DNA from: Malassezia furfur
Taxonomy: Eukaryota
NCBI GenBank assembly: GCA_052055015.1
Contig: JBQJIT010000052.1
DNA: 40,445 nt
Strand: one strand, 5' to 3'
Both the position numbers and the translations under genes were made by a program. Under the pieces are notes generated by a model that saw only the letters and a list, made by a program, of their open reading frames with translations, had not been told where the DNA came from and searched no databases. This document shows positions 32,077 through 40,445 of this stretch, one piece after another (position 1 is the first letter of the stretch; each line of letters starts with the position of its first letter).

Positions 32077-32856
32077 TTAGGGGAGGTTCTTGTCCACGCG
32101 CTGCTTGCGCTCGCTGAGGCGCTTGGCAACCAGGTCGTAGTACTCGGCCTTCTCGACCTCCTTCTTCTTGATCTGCTGCTTCTTCACGCGCTTGTTGTCG
32201 CGCTTGCGCTGGAGACGCTGAGGAGTAATGAGACGCTGGATCTTGGGCGCCTTGGTGTAGGGCTTGGCACCCTCCTTCTTGGGCTCAATGGTGCGGCGGA
32301 TAACGTACTTGCGCACATCATCCTCCTTCGAGAGGTTGAAGAACTTGCGAATGTCTGTAGTGTAAGCAATCCCATAAGATCATACGTACGGTTGGCACGC
32401 TTAGGACCAAGGCGCTTGGGGACAGCGCTGTCTGGGTCGGTCAGACCGGGAATCTCCTGCTCGCCCTGCTTGACGATGATGCAGTGCAGGGCCTGGATAT
32501 CAGGGCCAACAATGCAGCCGCGGACGGACTTCCGGCGGCGCTGACCGGTGCGGCGCACACGGTAGCACGAGTCGCCCTCACCGAGGAGGAGGCGAACACG
32601 GTAGGGAAGCAGAACACCCTGCTTCATAGGGAAACCCTGCTTGTCGTTACCACCGCCGATACGGAGGACGTAGCCCTTCCACTCGTCACCGAGCGAGTCG
32701 ACCTCAACATCCTGGGACATGCGCTTGTCGTAGAAGCAGCGCCTGAAAGTGTTAGTACATGTGCGACCAAAACGGGACGACGTACACGTTGCGCTCATCA
32801 AGGAACTCAAAAGACTTCTGCGCGCCCGTGGCAGGGTTGGCAACGTTGAGCTTCAT
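32077..32856 (-). CDS. RPS6: 40S ribosomal protein S6 (eS6)
   Basis: MKLNVANP...; introns 32743-32785 and 32355-32389, plus a 5'-UTR intron 32857-32903. [39 protein letters not shown]. Confidence 0.97.
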
Positions 32857-32986
32857 CTGTTATTGTGTTAGTATACGGTCAAGAAAGGTGCTCGGAGACC
32901 AACCTTGCGAAGGTTTCACGAAGTGTGATGTGCAAAGAGCCGCGCCTGGCGCATACCCCTCGAAAACCTGGCCGCACGAAGTTCAT

Positions 32987-33038
32987 CACGTGTATACAGT
33001 TTGTACTGTATTCATTCACGTGAATTCAATGTCACGTG
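32987..33038. promoter_or_regulatory. Bidirectional RPS6/RPS13 promoter with three TCACGTG E-boxes
   Basis: CACGTG at 32987, 33017 (inside the palindrome ATTCACGTGAAT) and 33033; TACAGT-N4-ACTGTA inverted repeat at 32995-33010. Confidence 0.6.
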
Positions 33039-33102
33039 CCCTTTTGCATCGGCTCGAGAAGGCGCGCTTGCGAGCCTCACCTCACCTCGTTCAATAGTCA
33101 CC

Positions 33103-33640
33103 ATGGGTCGCATGTACTGTACGTGGTTGACTACTCCAACAGACCATACTAACACACAGCGAAGGGAAAGGGCATTAGCAAGTCGGCTCTGCCTTACCGC
33201 CGCACTCCTCCGTCGTGGCTGAAGACGACGCCCGAGGAGGTCGTGCAGCAGATCGTGAAGCTCGCCCGTAAGGGTGTTACCCCCTCGCAGATCGGTGCGA
33301 CCCTCCGTGACAGCCACGGCATCGCGCAGGTCCGCTTTGTGACGGGTAACAAGATTCTGCGTATCCTCAAGAGCGAGGGTCTCGCCCCTGAGATTCCGGA
33401 GGACCTGTACCACCTCATCGTATGTATCTGTGATGGGCCTTCGTATACTAACCATTGCAGAAGCGTGCCGTCGCTGTGCGCAAGCACCTCGAGCGTAGCC
33501 GCAAGGACACGAACGCCAAGTTCCGTCTCATTATCGTTGAGTCGACTATTCACCGCCTGACTCGCTACTACAAGACGACCGGTGCTCTTCCGCCGACGTT
33601 CAAGTACGAGTCGTCGACCGCCTCGACGCTTGTGGCTTAA
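33103..33640 (+). CDS. RPS13: 40S ribosomal protein S13 (uS15), 151 aa
   Basis: Exons 33103-33118, 33160-33419, 33461-33640; two 41-nt introns with [45 protein letters not shown]. Confidence 0.97.
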
Positions 33641-34029
33641 GTATGATATTCCCTGCGAAAGGCGTTGGCGTATGGCTCTATATGCCAATTCTCTGACTGT
33701 TCTTTTCGAAGGATGGGAAGAGCATGCTTGGATTGGTACTTGTCCAATCTATTTTGCAAATAGACGCACAGCTTTCGCGTTTGTATGTTTGCAATCCAAA
33801 ATTCTTGAGGATACTTCTGGGTACGGCATGCTTGGGCCGAGAATGGCACTGCGTCATATCTTAGGTCGTTCCAAGCCACGGGCTCGGCCCTCCGCCAAGT
33901 GACGAGACCCTGGCTTTAGGATTTTTAAAATAATTTGGATAACTCCCTATTGGATCGGCACGAGAGACCAACGTCGGCTAATTATACCCCGCGGTACCTG
34001 CGAAGGAAAACGTCTCACGGCCTCTCGTC

Positions 34030-37000
34030 ATGGCAAAGGACTGCGCTGGCGCGGGTTCGCCTCTGGGCGTCCCATCGCCACTGTCGCTGACTCCGAGCGG
34101 CCCGTTCGAGCGTCATACCCCGTCCACTCATATCCAGCCCATGGCGCCAGCGCAGCACGGCCGCGTCGCAACCGACCAAGATGCTCATCACGAGTTTAGC
34201 GATGTTGAATCACTGTCCTTACCAAGCGCTAAGAGCTTCACAAGCGAATCAGCGAAAAGTCCTCGCGATTCTGGCGGCAGAATAGGGACCCCCGCGCACC
34301 GGAGGCCACCCTTGCATCTTTCTCCAGATCTGTTCCAGCGTCCTGCTGTAGTCACAGCCTCTGCCATTTTATCTCGTTCAGGCAGACTTCACCCGATACC
34401 CCACACCCGTAACAGATCAGGCTCACTGAAGACCGATTCTGATGTCGGCTACTTTGCTTCGATGCAGCGCAGGTCATCTACGCATTTCTCCGATGCAGAG
34501 CATGGGGCAGCTGAGAACGACGAGGATGAAGATGAGCTGGAAGGTTCTACCTTTAACTCAATCCCTGCAGTGCTCAAGGATGTATGGAACGACGACCAAG
34601 AGTGCTCACAGGGCAAAGCGAAGAAAGGAACGAAGCACACGGGAAGCGCCATTGAGGCCATCGGTGCTTTATTTTTGCATCAAGACAGTGCTGGTCGACT
34701 TGATCAGCTGAGTCTTGAGCGTCATGGAAAGAACCAGGACAAAGCAGGATGGCCGCTACGTATGCCCCTATGGTTAACCATGTTTGAGGCACGGGCTTGG
34801 CTCGATTCCATGTCTCGCTGGCTTCAGCAGGCTGAATCCACTACAGAAATGCGCGGGGAGTCCAAAAAGAGGAAGAAGACGCCTGCCCCAAAGCGGGAAG
34901 AGGCGTACGAAAACCTTCCGCCTACGCCTGTTGCGATGCCAGGGTCCTACATGCGAGACTTTGATGACAGTCTCTTGCTTCCTCCGCCTTTGTTAGATGA
35001 AGGCAGTGACCCCCGAAGCTTTGAGGGAATCTTGGGCGTACGCCGTATGCGGGAACAGCAACAGCGAAAGAAGCGCCTCGATGCGCTGCGTGAGCGGAAC
35101 CGGCCAGCGCACCGTGTGGATATGCTTACGGCCTTCTCCAACTTTGTAAGATCGGCCAAAGCTTCTGAGACACGGCATGGCCAGCCGCAGGCTAAGAAGC
35201 GTCGTCGATTCGGATTAGGAATGGATGTGCGCAATGATTACCCCGAAAGTCCCACGCGTGAAGAAGTGTTTGCGTCGTTGCGCTCCGAATGGGCGAAACC
35301 GCGTCGATTTCCTTCTGCCAAAACGGAGCCAGACATTGATGTGGTCTCTGATGACGAAACACATGCCAATAGCAGCGCAATGGCACCCACGCGTCCCTTG
35401 CTACGCCGCAATGCAACAGCGGAGCCCTATACCAGACTCACCCGACCATCAATGGAACAGAAGGATGCTGGGACTGCACCCGCATCGCCCCTATGGAACG
35501 AGACCATGACAGAAATGAATGATGAGGAAGCATCTAACGCCACAAAAAATGAGAAAGTGTTGTTGTCCACGCCGGAACAGCGAACTGAGCTACCCTTCCC
35601 TACTGGTCCTTTGGAAGAACTTGCCACTCAAACAACTTATCGCCTGACTCCGCGGGCCATGTTGGATCGCGCCAAAACTGGCTCCCTATCCAATTCGCCT
35701 GCCACGACTCGCTCAGGTGATAGCAGCAGTCGTCAAGTGACACCCGGCAAAACCACCGAGACGCCAGAGAAAGATGCACATCTGAGCAGCATGTGGATGG
35801 TTGTGTCGTGGGTGTTTGTGGGCGTCACATTCATCCCCGAGTTCATTGTCTTTTTGCTAGCGCATCTGCTCGATTTCGTTATGGATGTCTACGAGGTGCT
35901 TGCGCAAACCCTGTGGTTCCTGCGCTGGCTTTGGCTCAATGTCACGGGCCGCACCGTACTAGGCCGCTGCTTTTATGAGGCATACACCTTATTCCAATCG
36001 GAATGGGCGTATGTTGCCCGTGAAGACCATGAGGGACGAGGTGAGCGACACAAGAAGCTGCAGCGGATCCCCATCATTCATGGACGCAAAGGACTGAGTG
36101 CATTTCAAGTGATTCGCGGTCTTTTGGAGCTCGCCTGTATCCAGGCTGTGACTCGGGAGCAATATCAGCGCGAGGGCGCCGGGCTTGAACGTTTCCACGA
36201 TTGGCGGAAGAAGACGACGGCACCACCAACACCAGCTCTGCAACCCGAACAGGAGCAAGGGGACGTTTCTGATTCTGATGAGGACGACGATCTTGTCGTG
36301 ACCAACCGCACTAACGATATTTTGGAAATTTCACGCACCACAGCGCGCGTGTCTGGTCGGCGTGCCTCTAAGTCTTCTGAAAATGGGGCTAAGCGACTTG
36401 ATGCAGCGTACTGGCTATGGAACGAAGATAACGCGGCGCTGGTACGCAATGTCAAGTGGGCATCACAGCTTGCCATGTCTGCATATGGCTTGCAAGTGCT
36501 CATCGTGGACTTACCCCCGGTGTTTACGCCATCCGGTCGCCAGTTCCCTCAGCAGACCTTTGCGCATCTCTCGCGTCTTGATGCGGACGACGTCTTGCAT
36601 GCCGATATCCAAACGCTTGACGAAGAGGCGTCGTATTCGCCAACATTTTACATTGTCCGGGACATGCGGCACAAGGTGGTGTGCGTTGCTGTCCGCGGCA
36701 CGCAGAGCTTTGCGGATATCGTGGTTGATCTGGACTTGCGCACCGAAGACATCACCTCGACACTGTCAGAATGGCGCGGCGTCGACCTCGAGTCGCACTC
36801 GGAGCGATTCGCCTATCATGCAGGAATTTGGCGGGCGGCGCGTGAGCTTGTCAAACCCGGGTCTACCCTGTTCTGCAAGCTGTGCGATGCCCTGAACGAG
36901 CACCAAGACTTTGGTGTGGTGTTTGTGGGCCATTCGCTCGGCGGTGCCATTGCCAGTGCCGCGGTGATTCTTCTGTCCGAATACCACATCGACGAGCCCG

Positions 37001-37794
37001 GGCTGGAGCCAGATCCCACCAAAGGCGTCTGGCGTACGTCTGGACTCAGTGGTTTCCCCGAAGGCCGCCGCATCCGTGCCATAACGTTTGCACATCCATC
37101 TACGGTGTCGAGCAATCTGTCGACGCGCACGTCTTTCGGAGCGGTCCCACTCGTGACGACGGTGATCCTCGGCAGCGACATCATCCCACGTTTTGGCCAC
37201 GGCCAAGTGCGCGAACTGCGCCGCGTGCTGGGTGCCCTGACACGTGTACGCCGGCGCCGCGCACGTGTGTCGACGACAATCAGCAACAAGAAGAATGGCT
37301 CCGAAGACGAGGAGGCAGTTGTACATGTCTTGCGCCGCTACTGGGACTGGATATCAATTTGCCGAAACGACCGCCCTGACGCGGTCATGCTGGACCGGAA
37401 GCGTCGGCTTGAGGCGCTGTTTTGGCGACTGCGATGCGAGGTTGAGGACGATCTGTACTCGCGTGCCAAACGCCGCTTTGACGAGCTACAGTATCGGACC
37501 AACTTACCTAATTCGCCCTGGATACGTGCACAAAACAGCGAGCCAATCGAGCTACACACTCTATCCCAACGGCGTCAGCGGCTGGGTGACGCGACGCTGA
37601 GTAGCGAAACAGCGCTGGGGGGGCCCCTCGTGCCCGCCGGTCGCGTGCTTTGGCTGGAAAAAGGCGAGCTGTACAACGTGACGAATCCCATGTCGTTTTT
37701 CAGTCTGCCCGATCTTCAATCTACCATGTTCTTGGACCACTTTCCGGCAGCGTATGAGGAAGCGATCTTGGCATTGGGTCGCTCGGCGACTTAA
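34030..37794 (+). CDS. Class-3 lipase (DAG-lipase-like) with long disordered N-terminus and a hydrophobic segment
   Basis: VAVRGTQSFADIVVDL, YHAGI, VGHSLGG nucleophile elbow, DIIPR, FLDHFP..YE. Confidence 0.85.
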   Translation: MAKDCAGAGSPLGVPSPLSLTPSGPFERHTPSTHIQPMAPAQHGRVATDQDAHHEFSDVESLSLPSAKSFTSESAKSPRDSGGRIGTPAHRRPPLHLSPDLFQRPAVVTASAILSRSGRLHPIPHTRNRSGSLKTDSDVGYFASMQRRSSTHFSDAEHGAAENDEDEDELEGSTFNSIPAVLKDVWNDDQECSQGKAKKGTKHTGSAIEAIGALFLHQDSAGRLDQLSLERHGKNQDKAGWPLRMPLWLTMFEARAWLDSMSRWLQQAESTTEMRGESKKRKKTPAPKREEAYENLPPTPVAMPGSYMRDFDDSLLLPPPLLDEGSDPRSFEGILGVRRMREQQQRKKRLDALRERNRPAHRVDMLTAFSNFVRSAKASETRHGQPQAKKRRRFGLGMDVRNDYPESPTREEVFASLRSEWAKPRRFPSAKTEPDIDVVSDDETHANSSAMAPTRPLLRRNATAEPYTRLTRPSMEQKDAGTAPASPLWNETMTEMNDEEASNATKNEKVLLSTPEQRTELPFPTGPLEELATQTTYRLTPRAMLDRAKTGSLSNSPATTRSGDSSSRQVTPGKTTETPEKDAHLSSMWMVVSWVFVGVTFIPEFIVFLLAHLLDFVMDVYEVLAQTLWFLRWLWLNVTGRTVLGRCFYEAYTLFQSEWAYVAREDHEGRGERHKKLQRIPIIHGRKGLSAFQVIRGLLELACIQAVTREQYQREGAGLERFHDWRKKTTAPPTPALQPEQEQGDVSDSDEDDDLVVTNRTNDILEISRTTARVSGRRASKSSENGAKRLDAAYWLWNEDNAALVRNVKWASQLAMSAYGLQVLIVDLPPVFTPSGRQFPQQTFAHLSRLDADDVLHADIQTLDEEASYSPTFYIVRDMRHKVVCVAVRGTQSFADIVVDLDLRTEDITSTLSEWRGVDLESHSERFAYHAGIWRAARELVKPGSTLFCKLCDALNEHQDFGVVFVGHSLGGAIASAAVILLSEYHIDEPGLEPDPTKGVWRTSGLSGFPEGRRIRAITFAHPSTVSSNLSTRTSFGAVPLVTTVILGSDIIPRFGHGQVRELRRVLGALTRVRRRRARVSTTISNKKNGSEDEEAVVHVLRRYWDWISICRNDRPDAVMLDRKRRLEALFWRLRCEVEDDLYSRAKRRFDELQYRTNLPNSPWIRAQNSEPIELHTLSQRRQRLGDATLSSETALGGPLVPAGRVLWLEKGELYNVTNPMSFFSLPDLQSTMFLDHFPAAYEEAILALGRSAT

Positions 37795-37962
37795 TATGTG
37801 GAGCGAATCAAATTGACGGCGTCATGCGCAATTTTTTGTTTCCAGTAGGTCATAACCGATAGGGTGCTTGGTACTCTGGGACTCGGCACGTTTCCCAAAA
37901 ATTGTGAAACCGTGTATCTCGGTCCGGGGTGCTCATCAGATCTTCGACGTCGACCACGTCGG

Positions 37963-39579
37963 ATGGAGTGCTGGACGAGTCGCAGGATGGGGGCGCTTAG
38001 AGCCCACCCCCACGCGCCACACTCGACCGACTTGTGCGGCGCGCGCTCGTCCGGGTGCACGCTCGAGCACAGTGGATGCAAGGATACAACGATCTGTTAC
38101 GACCCACATTGTGCATTGCCAGCATGCGATGCCTACTCTCTCCAAAATGTCCTGACACTTGGTATGGCCGCGTGCGAGCAGCCGAGTACGTCGGCGCCCA
38201 TGCACCCGGCGAACAATACGTGTGTTTCTACCTGCAGCGTGCCTTGCGTCCTTGAGGCCTGTCCTGAACCGCATTGCATGCTGCCACAGGTATCCAACTC
38301 AAATGAGTGTATCAGTGTGTGTGATGGCTACCTCGACGGCGCGGCGGCATGCTCTTCGATGTGCTGTGACGGTTCAGACCTCATGTGGCCGTCACTGCCC
38401 CCTCTCCACTCCCCTGTGTCTGCCTGCTGCGCCGGCCAATGCACGACATCGGATGACTGTACCTGGGCGTCGCAGAATTGTGCACCTACGTCCGTATCTC
38501 CGTGCTATACGGGTGCGCCGGCCCCGTGTACGACGCCGAGCGAGGCGACCTCGAGCTCAGGACAAAGTATATCCACGGCGTGTTCGACGCCGATGCAGAC
38601 GGCCTGGCACGAACCACCGAGTCGCGTCCCCGACATTTTTCCCTGCCAATGGGCCGAGTGCGATGTCCAGGCATCGACGATCGAGGCGTTGGCGGCCCAT
38701 GTGCGCCAGACCCATGCGGAGCAGGCGCAAAAATGGCCGGCCGTATTGCAGGCCGGGTGCTTTCCTTATCTCTCCTCAACAGCATGGGAATTGCCGCTCC
38801 CCCACGACGGGCATTCTCATCCACATACGCCGACGGTGCCCAAGACCGAAACAGGGTCGGCGGCGTGGTCACCGCTCGCAGACCTGGCGTGCAGTGCCGA
38901 TATGACGCCGCTGCTGCCCCTGGACACAGCGTGTCTGTGCCCTCCTCCTGCGCCTGGTAAAAAGCCCCATGCATGTGGGTGGGAGCACTGTGACCAGAGT
39001 TTCTCGACGCATGCTGAGCTTACCGAGCACATTGCGCGCGACCACATTGGGTCGGGCAAGAATGAGTACGAGTGCCGCTGGGTGGGCTGCAAGCGTGCCG
39101 AGGAAGGGCGCGCCTTTTCGCAGCGCCAAAAAGTGTTGCGGCACATGCAGACCCATACGGGCGACCGCCCGTATGTGTGCCGCGTGTGTGAGAAGCGCTT
39201 CTCGGAGCCGGCGACGCTTACGCAACACATGCGCATCCACACACAAGAGCGGCCATACAAATGCGACTTCCCCGGGTGCAACAAGTCGTTCAGTGTTGCG
39301 GGCAGCCTGACGATTCACAAGCGCACACACACGGGTGACCGTCCGTTTGTATGCCCCGTGCAAGGTTGCGGCAAGCAGTTTGCCGAGAGTAGCAACCTCA
39401 ACAAGCACATGCGCATCCACCGCGGCGACCGGCCCTTTCAGTGCCCCGAATGTGGGCGCGACTTTGCGCGCCTTGATCAGCTCGGGCGTCACCGCAAAAT
39501 CCATGACGCGAAGCGCGCCACTTTGACGCGTACACAGGCCGAGACGCCGATAGTGCCCATATCCGTTGTAGACGATTAG
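37963..39579 (+). CDS. ZAP1: Zap1/ZafA-like zinc-responsive C2H2 transcription factor (start codon uncertain)
   Basis: CxW..C fingers, HIGSGK..YECRW, FSQRQKVLRH, FAESSNLNKH and FARLDQL.RH match the Zap1/ZafA finger array; Cys-rich N-terminus. Confidence 0.8.
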   Translation: MECWTSRRMGALRAHPHAPHSTDLCGARSSGCTLEHSGCKDTTICYDPHCALPACDAYSLQNVLTLGMAACEQPSTSAPMHPANNTCVSTCSVPCVLEACPEPHCMLPQVSNSNECISVCDGYLDGAAACSSMCCDGSDLMWPSLPPLHSPVSACCAGQCTTSDDCTWASQNCAPTSVSPCYTGAPAPCTTPSEATSSSGQSISTACSTPMQTAWHEPPSRVPDIFPCQWAECDVQASTIEALAAHVRQTHAEQAQKWPAVLQAGCFPYLSSTAWELPLPHDGHSHPHTPTVPKTETGSAAWSPLADLACSADMTPLLPLDTACLCPPPAPGKKPHACGWEHCDQSFSTHAELTEHIARDHIGSGKNEYECRWVGCKRAEEGRAFSQRQKVLRHMQTHTGDRPYVCRVCEKRFSEPATLTQHMRIHTQERPYKCDFPGCNKSFSVAGSLTIHKRTHTGDRPFVCPVQGCGKQFAESSNLNKHMRIHRGDRPFQCPECGRDFARLDQLGRHRKIHDAKRATLTRTQAETPIVPISVVDD

Positions 39580-39619
39580 TCCCAGTCTGCTGTCGTCCTT
39601 CTTGCATCCGTGTGGAGGA

Positions 39620-40444
39620 ATGCCTGCCGAGGCCGAGAAGGCGGCGCCGCGGCAGGTGGCCGGGCATCCGGGTGTGCTGCTTGCATCGGAGCATGCCACG
39701 CAGGTGGTAAAACAATGTCCTGCACAAGAAGCGCACTTTTACGAGCTGGTGGACCGCGGCACAGAGCCGGAACATGCACTAATGCGCGCGTGCATGCCCC
39801 GGTGCTTCGGCATCCGGGTGGACGGCGCTAGCGTGTCCGGCTGGGCGCCGCTTGCCACGGACGCGCCGAATGCGGTGCGCATCGAGAACCTCACGCATCC
39901 CTTTGTGCATGCAGACGTGTGCGACATCAAGCTCGGCACGCTGCTGTATGATGAACGCCCAGGCTACACGGACGATGCGAAGATAGGGCGGATGCAGCAC
40001 AAGGCGCGCACAACGACCAGCGGCGCATACGGGATGCGCATCGCAGGCTGGACGACATGGGATGGGGAGCGTTATGAGTTTGTCGGCAAGGAGCCCGGCA
40101 AGGCCGCACAGACGCTCGACGACATGGCCGAGCTGCTGGCACGCGCCCTGCGAACGCACGCGGCGCCGCGCCGGCATACGATCGCGCGGGCGCTACTGCC
40201 GCGCGTGCAGGCACTTCGTGCGCGCGTCGCCCAGGTACCTGCCCAACTGCGGAGCACGAGTGTGCTCCTGGTAGTCGAGGGCGACGACGCGGCGTTGGAG
40301 CGCGCGCAAGATACCCCCGCACAGGTGTGCGATGCACGCCTGATCGACTTTGCGCACTCGCGCTGGAGCGTCGAGGAGGGCGTGGACCAAGGCGTGCAGC
40401 GTGGGCTCGCGACCTTGGCGCAGATCTTGGAGCTATGGTGCTGA
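39620..40444 (+). CDS. Inositol polyphosphate kinase (IPK family; Ipk2/Arg82-like)
   Basis: QVAGH, E..FY, ENLT..F....V.DIKLG, STSVLLV.EGD, LIDFAH. Confidence 0.88.
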   Translation: MPAEAEKAAPRQVAGHPGVLLASEHATQVVKQCPAQEAHFYELVDRGTEPEHALMRACMPRCFGIRVDGASVSGWAPLATDAPNAVRIENLTHPFVHADVCDIKLGTLLYDERPGYTDDAKIGRMQHKARTTTSGAYGMRIAGWTTWDGERYEFVGKEPGKAAQTLDDMAELLARALRTHAAPRRHTIARALLPRVQALRARVAQVPAQLRSTSVLLVVEGDDAALERAQDTPAQVCDARLIDFAHSRWSVEEGVDQGVQRGLATLAQILELWC

Positions 40445-40445
40445 G

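Noticed and set aside
4557..33640. Apparent frameshifts or pseudogenes in msrA, UBC6, UBA4, PRC1, ALKBH6, RPS6 and RPS13
   Set aside because: Every break coincides with a GT..AG segment with a branch-like motif whose removal restores the conserved protein.
1..40445. CRISPR arrays, transposons, tRNA/rRNA, prokaryotic defence systems, secondary-metabolite cluster
   Set aside because: I saw no spaced direct repeats, terminal repeats, transposase/RT motifs, cloverleafs or PKS/NRPS backbone; content is eukaryotic housekeeping genes.

Overview
Eukaryotic, not prokaryotic: a very gene-dense fungal chromosome segment, most consistent with a Malassezia-like basidiomycete yeast (inferred from high GC, tiny GT/GC-AG introns and near-zero intergenic gaps). 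After manual splicing I can support about 25 protein-coding genes: a low-complexity orphan, a histidine-phosphatase-like/HbrB (Bit61/PROTOR) fusion, V-ATPase subunit f, MsrA, a small membrane protein, Ubc6, a 2OG-Fe(II) oxygenase, an MP88-like GPI mannoprotein, a fatty-acid hydroxylase, a TLC protein, Uba4, Kap120/importin-11, carboxypeptidase Y, a Rad5-like SNF2/RING protein, ALKBH6, Wee1, an HxxxD acyltransferase, an AVEN-like protein, kynureninase, an NDUFC2-like subunit, RPS6, RPS13, a class-3 lipase, Zap1 and an inositol polyphosphate kinase. I saw no rRNA, tRNA, CRISPR array or transposon. Most notable: (1) a hidden N-terminal degenerate histidine-phosphatase domain fused to a TORC2 Bit61/HbrB domain, visible only after removing two 23-26 nt introns; (2) 22-26 nt introns in most genes versus longer TACTAAC introns in ribosomal-protein genes; (3) a CaaX-terminated acyltransferase; (4) a candidate AVEN/RIPR homolog; (5) extreme compaction with CACGTG boxes in promoters. 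All product calls come from motif recognition by eye; no database search was run.
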